This document shows positions 51,868 through 61,869 of a DNA stretch of 64,000 nt, in pieces. The stretch is from positions 12,214,001 through 12,278,000 of the forward strand of contig JBHGNT010000013.1 of NCBI GenBank assembly GCA_043228905.1. Reading direction: 5' to 3'. The notes beneath the pieces were generated by a model, which had not been told where the DNA came from, ran no database searches, and saw only the letters and a program-made list of their open reading frames with translations. The stretch is from Azolla caroliniana. Taxonomy: Eukaryota; Plantae; Polypodiophyta. Made by a program: the position numbers and the translations under genes. The number at the start of each line of letters is the position of its first letter. The stretch's first letter is position 1.

Positions 51868-53529
51868 TGTGTGGTCTAGAGAGAGAAGCCCTGTTTTGCA
51901 TGTGTGAGGAGACAGTGATTGAGTGTATATCTAGACTCTAGAGAGAGAGAGAGAGAGAGAGAGAGGAGCTATGGGTTTTGTCTGTGTGAGGGAGTATGTA
52001 ATATGTATATTAGATATCTAGATTTTGTAGAGAGAGAAAATCTATCAGTTCTCGTGTGAGAGAGAGAGAGTGTGTGTGTATGTGTGTCAGATGTCACTTC
52101 TATTCACAAAATATTATGAATATCAAAAATTAAAAAAACCAAAAAAAAGGAAAAAAAGAAAAAAAGCCAAACGAATATCGTGTATCATACGCGTACATTT
52201 GCAAACGTTCGCGTACATCCAGTAAATTGGACGTACGCTGTCGTGCCTTTCGGCTCCGGATCGTTGCGTGAGTCGGGTGGGAACCGCCGAGGTTTTGGAC
52301 TAGGAGAAAGAAGAATATGAGATGAGGCTAGTAATGAATAGATTATTAGAAAGAGAGATAGAAATTTCGTGAATCCCACGAGTGTATTGTATTCGATTAA
52401 TCAATATTTAGATAAGAATATGTATTTAGATTGAAAGAAAGATATAAGAAACTTGTGAATCCCACAAGTATAGATTATATTATTTTCGTGAATCCCACGA
52501 TTATATTAATCGGTTGGTGTTTTCGGAAATATATCCAATTTCCAAATATTTCACACGCCTATTACATTGTGCTCCCCATCCTTATGTAGTGATGGGAGAG
52601 ACTAAGCATAGCTACATGCTTTTCTTTCTAATATGTTCATGCACACTAAATATGCATGTGATGCTTTTCTAATCCTTGCTTTTATTTGCCAAATATAGTG
52701 CTCATGCACGCTAGATGTGCATGAGTCACTTTTTAGTTGCTTGCGTTTTTCTATAAAATATTCACGCACTCTAAAAATACACGATTTACCTTTTAATAAA
52801 GGTAGGTGCAAATAAAGCACTTATAGTTATTAAATCTATTTGTGGAACACTAAAGATAAGGTAGCATAATGGTAAAGTTGAGGTTTGGCTACATGGAGGT
52901 ACAGAGTTCAAATCTTGCCCTATGCATGTGATAAATATCTTGATATATTATTTTATTTATTTATATGTAATTAAATCGGTTATATTATTTTTACTTTTTC
53001 ACGTAGTGTACGAAATACACTACGACACTCGCCCCCTCCGAACCCGCACATCCTCCGGTATGTGCCGAAGTTGCCGATGCTCGTTGTCTCCCCTTCATCC
53101 TCCGTTTGTCCCGCTATGTCAACTTTGTCTCTCCATTTTGAGTAGACCCATTCTTTCCACCCGAACCATTGTCGCCATCCGATCCACCATATTCTTTGTT
53201 CTCTCTCGTCATATTCTTGGCCCTTGTCATTCGTGGTAGTGTCTTTTACTGGCCTCTTTCTTGTCTTCATCAACCTTGACTTTTTTTCGGATCGCTCTCA
53301 TTTGATCGACTTTCGGTTTGATCGGCTTCCGATCGGATTCGTATTCGGCCGAATCGGAATCGGTTGTTCGGTTTCGATTGAGTTGGTCTCCTTCCGGCTC
53401 GGTTTCGATCTATCGGTTTTGGTTTCGGTTGGCTTTCTTTTCCTCATTTTCACCAGCCTCGACCGGTCCAACCTCCGGTTGAGTCGGATTGGCTTCTTTC
53501 CGGATCGGTCTCGTCCGATCGGCTTTCGG

Positions 53530-55464
53530 CTAGGTCGGCTTCCATCCATATTCGCGTTCGACCAAGTCAGACTCAGTCGATCGGTTTTGATCGAGTCGAC
53601 CCCTTTTCGGGTCGGCTTTCTTTCGGGTCGACTTTCGGTCGAATCCTCTTTTACCCGGTTCGGCTTTCTTTCGGCCCGGTTTCGATCTATCGGTTTTGGT
53701 TTTGGTTGGCTTTCTTTTCCTCGTTTTCACCAGCCTCGACCGGTCCAACCTCCGATTGAGTCGGATTAGCTTCTTTCCGGATCGGTCTCGTCCGATCGGC
53801 TTTCGGCTAGGTCGGCTTCCTTTCCGATTTGTATTCGGTCGATCCGGACTCGGTTGATCGGTTTTTACCGATTCAGTGCTCTTTCGGGTCGGTTTCTTTT
53901 CTTTTCTTTTCGTCTGGATTTGCTTTCTTTTCTTCGTTTTCACCTGCCTTGTCCGGTTCGACTTTCGGCACTTCTTTCCGTTGTTCGCTACGTAGGTCCT
54001 CCGATATGTGCTCGTTGTTCGGTCCTCGTGTGGTTGTAATGCATGCTTCTTTTCTCGCCGTAGCGCGTGCTTCTTTATTCGCCATAACACGCGTTTCTTT
54101 ATTCGCCGTAGAGCGTGCTCTGTATTACGCGCTTCTCCCGTCGTAGACCCGACCTCCTCATTGTCGCACTTTCTTTTAGATTGGAATTTCGGATGGATCA
54201 TTTTCCATCCGAACCGACTTCCGACTTTACCTTCCTCGCCGCCATCTCCCGTCTCTCCGGTCTCACGTTGGTTCTCGGACACAACCGCCGAAGTCTCTAG
54301 ATATTGTTGGCATGAATCCTCGGTATTACCTTCTTTCGTAGTTTCACCCTTAGCATTCTTCTCGGCTATCTCTTCATCGTATTCGTCGGCTTCGACATTC
54401 GTTTTCTCTCCGCCACCTTCCGTCTCTTCGGTCTCACGTTGCCTTTCGATCGCAACCGCCGGAGTCTCTGGAATCAGTGGTGGGGAAGTCTCGATATGGC
54501 AATCCGCCATTGATTCGTCCATAGCCACCTCCGATTCGATTTCGTCTTTTGTGGCTACCTCCTTAATCACATCCGCTTCACACTCTTTATCTGCATCAAT
54601 TATGCAAACATCTATTATGCTTACCCCTTTTTGACCCGATGTCTCGGGCACTTGTATCCCGAAATTTCCTTCTACACTTGAATTATCGGCCTTATCCTTC
54701 GCCATCGTTCTTTCACAAGACGAGCGGGTGTCTTGTTCCACTCTTTCTCCCGTGGTACCATCATGTTGTATTTCGGCCTTCATATCGGCTCCATCGTTTG
54801 TCTTCAATCGACCATCCTTCATCGGCCATGTCGTTGACAAGATTCTCATCTTCCTCTCATCATGTCTCCGGCATACCCTTTGGACTTCGGCCCAATCTTC
54901 GGTAAGACCATTCGTACCTTCATCGTCTTCGAGTTCGATCCCGATGTCCATCCTTTCTTTTCGATCGATCGATTTTACGAACATTAGGACTTTATCTTCT
55001 CCCACCAATCGTTGTTCCCGCTCCGAGAGTCGAGCAAGACGATGCTCGAACTCTAGGAATGCTTGTGTTGCACTTCGGTGGGTCTTCTTCGATGCCACCC
55101 ATTCGTCGAATTTTCGCCGATCTTGTCCCTTTGATCTCTTGTAATCATATGCCTCTCGTAAAGCTTCTTCGAATGACCCCCATGTCGAGTTTTGTTGCCG
55201 TATCTTGTGGATTCTCTCTTGTAGCTCATCCGTGGCCACCCGATTAAAGGATGTCACTTGCAATCCTTCCAGTATCCCACATCGTATCATCTCCGCCTTG
55301 TAGTCACGTAGATAGCGTGACACATCGTTTCCGTTGAATTGTCCGTTTCGTTGTACGAGCCGCTTTACTGCCCCCGTGATTTCCGACATCACTCGTTGTT
55401 CTTGTAGCATCTGCTCGAACATCATCATCATCGTTATACTCATTGCCTCTTGTTGATTCTCCAT
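53530..55464 (-). CDS. Gag-like protein with acidic middle and basic repetitive tail, 644 aa
   Basis: Starts just after the PBS; FNGNDVSRYLRDY...WGSFEEALREAY capsid-like N-terminus. Confidence 0.7.
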   Translation of the reverse strand: MENQQEAMSITMMMMFEQMLQEQRVMSEITGAVKRLVQRNGQFNGNDVSRYLRDYKAEMIRCGILEGLQVTSFNRVATDELQERIHKIRQQNSTWGSFEEALREAYDYKRSKGQDRRKFDEWVASKKTHRSATQAFLEFEHRLARLSEREQRLVGEDKVLMFVKSIDRKERMDIGIELEDDEGTNGLTEDWAEVQRVCRRHDERKMRILSTTWPMKDGRLKTNDGADMKAEIQHDGTTGERVEQDTRSSCERTMAKDKADNSSVEGNFGIQVPETSGQKGVSIIDVCIIDADKECEADVIKEVATKDEIESEVAMDESMADCHIETSPPLIPETPAVAIERQRETEETEGGGEKTNVEADEYDEEIAEKNAKGETTKEGNTEDSCQQYLETSAVVSENQRETGETGDGGEEGKVGSRFGWKMIHPKFQSKRKCDNEEVGSTTGEARNTEHALRRIKKRVLWRIKKHALRREKKHALQPHEDRTTSTYRRTYVANNGKKCRKSNRTRQVKTKKRKQIQTKRKEKKPTRKSTESVKTDQPSPDRPNTNRKGSRPSRKPIGRDRSGKKLIRLNRRLDRSRLVKTRKRKPTKTKTDRSKPGRKKAEPGKRGFDRKSTRKKADPKRGRLDQNRSTESDLVEREYGWKPT

Positions 55465-55480
55465 CTACTTGCCACCGGCC

Positions 55481-55498
55481 TTCACGTCGGGTTCACCA
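55481..55498 (-). other. PBS of element E, complementary to tRNA-Trp
   Basis: TGGTGAACCCGACGTGAA, 18-nt complement of the recalled plant tRNA-Trp 3' end TTCACGTCGGGTTCACCA. Confidence 0.85.
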
Positions 55499-56471
55499 AC
55501 TGTGTCGTGCCTTTCGGCTCCGGATCGTTGCGTGAGTCGGGTGGGAACCGCCGAGGTTTTGGACTAGGAGAAAGAAGAATATGAGATGAGGCTAGTAATG
55601 AATAGATTATTAGAAAGAGAGATAGAAATTTCGTGAATCCCACGAGTGTATTGTATTCGATTAATCAATATTTAGATAAGAATATGTATTTAGATTGAAA
55701 GAAAGATATAAGAAACTTGTGAATCCCACAAGTATAGATTATATTATTTTCGTGAATCCCACGATTATATTAATCGGTTGGTGTTTTCGGAAATATATCC
55801 AATTTCCAAATATTTCACACGCCTATTACATTGTGCTCCCCATCCTTATGTAGTGATGGGAGAGACTAAGCATAGCTACATGCTTTTCTTTCTAATATGT
55901 TCATGCACACTAAATATGCATGTGATGCTTTTCTAATCCTTGCTTTTATTTGCCAAATATAGTGCTCATGCACGCTAGATGTGCATGAGTCACTTTTTAG
56001 TTGCTTGCGTTTTTCTATAAAATATTCACGCACTCTAAAAATACACGATTTACCTTTTAATAAAGGTAGGTGCAAATAAAGCACTTATAGTTATTAAATC
56101 TATTTGTGGAACACTAAAGATAAGGTAGCATAATGGTAAAGTTGAGGTTTGGCTACATGGAGGTACAGAGTTCAAATCTTGCCCTATGCATGTGATAAAT
56201 ATCTTGATATATTATTTTATTTATTTATATGTAATTAAATCGGTTATATTATTTTTACTTTTTCACGTAGTGTACGAAATACACTACGACAACGCGAATA
56301 TTAGGAACTATGGTTATGACTATAAAAGATTGATCAATATGTTAGTTTGACTTTGTAATCATTAATGCAATCATAAGTTACTCTAGTTAATGTGACTGTG
56401 GTTACCAACTATCCTCAAAGTTACCAACCTTGGTTAAGGTGACTATGGTTACTTTAACCAATGTGGTCAAT

Positions 56472-56484
56472 CCCTATAAATAGG
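56472..56484 (+). promoter_or_regulatory. TATA box of the methyltransferase gene
   Basis: CCCTATAAATAGG ~115 bp upstream of the ATG at 56590. Confidence 0.65.
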
Positions 56485-56589
56485 AAGACCTCGTCATATT
56501 TCACTCACAAGAGCGTACAGAGCGTACAGAGCACACAGAGCACAAAGCACCAAAGCGCGATCTCCGCCTCCACTGCCACACGATCAACC

Positions 56590-59500
56590 ATGTCTTCAAA
56601 GAGAATCGAGCGCGAGGACTCCAGGTAGGCCTCTGACACTGTGGACATTTTTGTAAATATGTTTCGTCACTCAAGAACTCGATACGCCGTATTGAGTTCC
56701 TGTATACAATACAAACTTTATACATGAACTCGATATGGCGTATCGAGTTCATAATTTGTTTTTGCTTTTTAAATGGGAACTCGATACGGCGTATCGAGTT
56801 CCTGTTTAAAACCTACACTTTAAACACGAACTCGATACGGCGTATCGAGTTCGTGTTTAAAACCTAAACATTAAACAAGAACTCGATACGCCGTATCGAG
56901 TTCCCGTTTAAAACCTAAACTTTAAACACGAACTCGATACGCCGTATCGAGTTCGTGTTTAAATTCCAAACTTTAAACGGGAACTCGATACGGCGTATCG
57001 AGTTCTAAACTGTAGGTTTTAAACGGGAACTCGATACGCCGTATCGAGTTCCTGTTTAAAAAGCAAAGAAAGCAGAGGAACTCGATACGCCGTATCGAGT
57101 TCCTGTATAAAAGAAGGCTCTGAGAGAGAAAATTTGTGTTTTTGGGGTAACAATTAATTATTGTGTGGAAAAGATATCAAAATGTCTGTCAAAATCAGTC
57201 TTTTTTATGTTGACTTTCCTTACTTTTTAAAAAAAACATGCTCTAATTATAGGTGTTTTATGACCTACTTTAGCTTAAAATAGTAGAAAATGATCCACAA
57301 ATTGCCTTTACGATAGCAATTCTCCTCAATATAGGTTTGGAATCTATATAAGTCATACCTACTATTTAAAAGAATATATAACCCTGTTTACTTATTACGA
57401 TATATATTTTCTAGGTTGAATAGCCCTGCCTAGAATAGATTTTTGAATATAGGACTGCTAGTGAGAACTGTTCTTCATGTTAATATACAACCTTAATCTA
57501 CGTGACCACCTAACTTATGTTTTTGCATATACTTTCTTAAATAGGTCGTTTGAGAACCTGTCGGACCGACCTGTGAAGAAAATAAAGCTTCGCATACAGG
57601 GTTCTCCAATCGAAGCCCAGACCAAGGTAGCTCCTGAGACCATGAAGAGAGGAAAAAAGCTTCTCTTCAACGAAGAGACAAAATCTCAGCCACATATTGA
57701 TGTTAGCCAAAAGAAACTTGTCGCCGCTACTGGAGGTGAAGACCTTCCTGACCGAGATCTAACGGACAAGGAATGGTGTATGCAATATGTCGACTCAAAG
57801 AAAAAAGTCGTATTGTATACAACAAAGAAGAAGGGGGAGGGGCAGCTTGGAAAGGAAACCCCATTTATGTATGGCCGTATTCTATGATTTGACTACGAAG
57901 ATGCGGATTCGGCCAACATACTGGTAATGATAGAGTGCTCCAAGGGGGTACGTAAAGTGTTCCTTTCAGAAGACCTTTTAGTAAAGGAATCTTGTGGGCC
58001 AGAAGCGTTCAAAAAAGATCTTGAAAGCTCACAAAACCTTATTGTTACCTTGAGGCCTTATATACAAGGCCATGTAGCTGTAAGAGATGAAGTGCCCTCC
58101 CCATTGAAGGCCACAAAAAGGGTATCCAAAGTCCAGTCAAGACCACCAAAGAAGAAGAAAACCAAAATGTCAGACACGGATTCAACAAGTGAAAACGAAG
58201 AGGAGGATAATAAGGGGACGCCATGAGCTGAGCTGGCCTCGGGTGTTTTGTCATCCGAGCAGAATAAGATAAGGAGAGAGTTAATGCAACGGAAACTGGT
58301 CAGGAAAGGGCAAGTGTTTAATTTGCCCATAACACACATCCATCGGCCCCCTATTGATGAAAAAATAGGTCGACGACCACTTGAGATTAGAGAGCCACAC
58401 CGCATGCATGTTCAAAATCTCAAGAAAAAAATGAAAATTAATCCTCATGCCACTGTGGTGCCTTTTATTGTTATGGTAGATCCTGAAGAATGTGAAACCA
58501 TTGAAGATTTTGATATTAGAAAGCATGATCAATATAATTATTTTGTCATTGGTGGATCGCATTCAGCAGAGGCACGTCGGCAACTTGTGAGAGAACATCC
58601 AACAACTTTCTTCTTCAAGTATGCCGAGTGCAAAATTTATGTTGGCATGGGACCATAATAATGATAATGACTATAGGCAGAAAATGTCGTCCATTGAGCG
58701 TATATGGTTCTTCCACCATGAGTATTTAGACGTGAAACAAAAGTTTGGTGTGAAGTTACATCCAGGCCTATGACGTCAATGTCTGCATGAAGTCGGCATT
58801 GTGGTAGATGATAATGTTAGGTCTGATGGTCTTTGAAAGTATGAGTCTTGGTTTCAATTGGCGTTTAGAGATGGAGAAGTATGGGACCTACAAGATCAAA
58901 TCTTCTCAATGTGGGAGAATAAGGAGGTAAAGGGTCAACAACAAAAGAAATGTAAGGTTGACCCTCAACTAGAGTTAAAGTCACAAGCCGCCAAGAAAAT
59001 TGACTTGACAATTGAAGAAGCGGCAGACGACATGAAGCTGTCTTTATGGAGAGCGATGCAAGGTATTAAGGACGAGCAGCTTCTTGTGTCTGTTTTGTCA
59101 AGGGTTGTGGCGAAAGATTTAAGCCTTGAAGAAATGGTCACTGAGTTCAATAAGTAAGTCTTTCAAATACTGAAATTGTAGTCTATCTGGTGTAATTCAA
59201 AGTTCTAATCTTGATTTCTAATTTTACAGTCATAAGGTGTACATGAAGATCCAAGAAGTTATGATGAAACAACTTGGATGTATAACTTGGGAACAAGTGA
59301 CCGAGGATTATCCTCTAACGTCTTCATATAAGGCGTTATCAGAGTATTTTATTGCATTCAAGGATTGGGTTAGTATTCATGGTTTTTCATTACCCTTTCA
59401 TCATATGTAGAGCTTGTATAATAATACCTGATGTCCTATTGTTGAATCTATTAGAAACCGTGTCGAGGCAAGAAACAAGGAGAAGTTAATGATATACACG

Positions 59501-60745
59501 ATTTCCCTACATCCTTCCTTGCACATCTCGAGCGAGCCAGAAAAGAAAAGGATCGTCGCTTAGTCAAGGCGTACGAAATGGAGGAAGATGGCTCCTTTAA
59601 AAAATTTAGCCACAAAAAAGATATTACGAGAGATCTTTACTACAATGTGGTTTGCGGTGATGTCATCGACTTGATCCAAAAGGTGCCAAAGAAGGAATAT
59701 ACGCTAATGATTGCGGATATTCCTTACGGATTTCGAATGGCTGGGTCATCATACGACAATGAACCATTTAGGTTTAAACAATTGGAGAAGATGGTCAAGG
59801 ATTTCGCTGAGCTAACGACCGCATCCTTGTGGCGAATATTTGTCTTTCATAGTATGGACCAAGGGTACTCGGTAGCTCAAGCTTTGAGATCTCGTTGCCA
59901 TGGCATCGAGAACCTTGCATGGTAAGGATTATTTACATGTGTCTTTCACTATATTGCATTTCTTAAGGTTGTTGAATCTATTCTTAACTCGATGTATTAT
60001 TTTTTATAGGATCAAGACCAATGTAAATAGAGGGCCAACTTTTTGGTTCGTTAATGCCATTGAATACATAACGGTTGGCTACTTCGATGAAATTAAGAAA
60101 CAGAGAATCAAAGAGCATTCTAATGAAGTGGGAGGTTCAAATCTGTTGGTATATCCAGCAGTGACACGGAAATTGCGACATGTCACCACGACAGAACGGG
60201 GACTTGTCAACCCATACCAAAAACCTCAACGACTTATGATGCACTTGATCGAGATGTTTTCTGTCGAAGGAGACTAGATATTAGATCTCTTTTCTGGCAC
60301 AGGTATTCCTCGAACTAGGGTAACGATCTTGAGATAACCAATCCCTTTTTTTTTCGTTTGACAACTAAATCTTCTTGTTACTTACATCACAGGAACTACG
60401 TCTGCATGTGCATTGAAGCTTTTTAGAAATACAGTTGCATTGGAGAAGGACGAGGACCAAGTTATATTTATTAATATGCGGATTAAGGCTTTGTGGGAGT
60501 GCCCAGACCAGGATGAGGAGGTCGGTGCAAAGAACCTCGCCAATACAGAAAGGTTTCAACTTGCTTCGCGAGAGCCTATTCCTCCGTTAGCCGGCGAACC
60601 GGGGGAGCTAATAGAGCTTGATGATGAGCTTATAGAAGATATTTCGTTGGCTCGGCTAACAGGGGAAACCAATGCACGTATAGCCGAAGACACTTCTACA
60701 CAAGATGATGAAGAAAATGACGTTGATGAATTGATTGCTATGTAA
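56590..60745 (+). pseudogene. ParB/Srx-like domain plus beta-class N6-adenine/N4-cytosine DNA methyltransferase, 6 exons, disrupted
   Basis: Phase-compatible GT-AG exons 56590-56624, 57545-59153, 59230-59368, 59455-59921, 60010-60302, 60393-60745; VVCGDVIDLI...MIADIPYG (motif IV), NPYQKPQRLMMHLIEMFS.EGD.ILDLFSGT|GTT..CA....RN.VALEKD (motifs X/I/II); YFVIGGSHSAEA ParB-like; several stops and a frameshift near 58650. Confidence 0.85.
56675..57102. repeat. Array of nine 25-bp palindromes, period 51 bp, in intron 1 of the methyltransferase gene
   Basis: GAACTCGATACG(C/G)CGTATCGAGTTC at 56675, 56726, 56777, 56828, 56879, 56930, 56981, 57027, 57078. Confidence 0.95.
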
Positions 60746-61756
60746 TAGACTCTATGAAGAAAATGACACTAACGATTTGTTAGGATTTCACATTATTAAT
60801 ACAAATTTTGGGTTTTACCTAGTGGATTCTATTCTTTATAATCTTCTATATGTTTCAATTTTATTTTTATATACTTGGTTAGTAGATTTATGACATTGGT
60901 TTCACCGCGTGCATAGCTGACTACCAAACTTATGGAGAAACATGAACTAGTTTAAATTGAGGCTGATTTTGGTCCAAGCTAACCTTAACAGAACATGGCC
61001 CTATAATTGTTGACATGACTGTCCATGTTGTTATTATGGATCTTTGTCTTCTATTGTTAAAACTATTATGTTTCTATTCCATTGCTGCTTAGATTGTGTA
61101 GTGTGTTGATAATGGTTCCAGTTGCGTTATCGTTCGGAGTTTGATCCTGTGTGAATCACCTAAGCAATAGAGTAGATCAATTTTAAATACAGGTATGAAA
61201 GCCTAATAGGTTTGTTATTTCCACGACATTATCCTAAAGTTCACTACCTTACATTGTCCACAATTATATACATATGGTTTGATCCCATATGAACAAACTG
61301 AGGAATAGATTAGATCAACTTTAAATACAAGTATTGAATACTTTAATAAGTTAGTTATTCCAATCACTTATCCTAATGTGCACTATCCTACATTTTCCAC
61401 AATTACATACATGCACGTATGGGTTAAAGTATAAATTATAACTCATTTTATTAGTATGGATACAAGTACACCTGATATTTTTGTAAAACTTACCTAATTA
61501 ATATAAGTCTTTAAGTTAGTGTTTCCCTTGTCGCACAGTAGTGACATATTGAGCCATAGTTGAACTTTATTATGCCTACATTAACTTATCAACGTGTCTA
61601 AACTTGCATTGATTTATAATGATCTCCACTCGTAGATCTATCATGTATTTTTATATTTGCAAATTCTCATCAAGTTGAGGAACATGTGATACTAGTGCAT
61701 CCAATTTTTGTAGAGAGGGTGTATTTGCTTCGTTTTAAGAAGATTCTACAAGTGGA

Positions 61757-61792
61757 ATGCGCAATCCTTCCACTTGTGAACACGAACGTGTT
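61757..61792 (-). repeat. Right TIR
   Basis: Reverse complement AACACGTTCGTGTTCACAAGTGGAAGGATTGCGCAT, followed by AAGG. Confidence 0.92.
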
Positions 61793-61869
61793 AAGGAGAA
61801 CTTTTTGTTTTATTAGTAGCTTAGGGTTCACCATAAATGGTTCACCAAAAAGCAAGGGGGAGGGCTAAA

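Larger units (their letters stand above)
52239..56291 (-). mobile_element. Element E: non-autonomous gag-only LTR retrotransposon
   Basis: 789-bp LTRs 52239-53027 and 55503-56291 (no difference noticed), TGTCGT...ACGACA ends, 4-bp TSD ACGC, PBS and PPT (GGAGGGGGCGAG) on minus strand, no pol. Confidence 0.92.
47962..61792. mobile_element. Sola-like TIR DNA transposon with two divergent genes (13.8 kb, ~9.8 kb without nested element E)
   Basis: 36-bp TIRs (47962-47997 and 61757-61792, 34/36 identical), 4-bp TSD AAGG (47958-47961 and 61793-61796); encloses transposase and methyltransferase genes. Confidence 0.88.

Noticed and set aside
51670-51901. ORFs with ERERER/LSLSLS runs (also near 16313, 38803, 39063)
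   Set aside because: Translations of GA/CT microsatellites.
51636-56320. Possible small MITE around element E (GTTATGACCATAGTTC / GAACTATGGTTATGAC)
   Set aside because: Short imperfect inverted match with no convincing TSD.
56675-57102. CRISPR-like repeat-spacer appearance
   Set aside because: The spacers are related to one another (TTTAAAACCTAAACTTTAAA variants), there are no cas genes, and the array lies in a spliceosomal intron of eukaryotic DNA.
56590-60745. Bacterial contamination as the source of the methyltransferase
   Set aside because: It has GT-AG introns and a TATA box and lies inside TIRs nested in plant LTR sequence.
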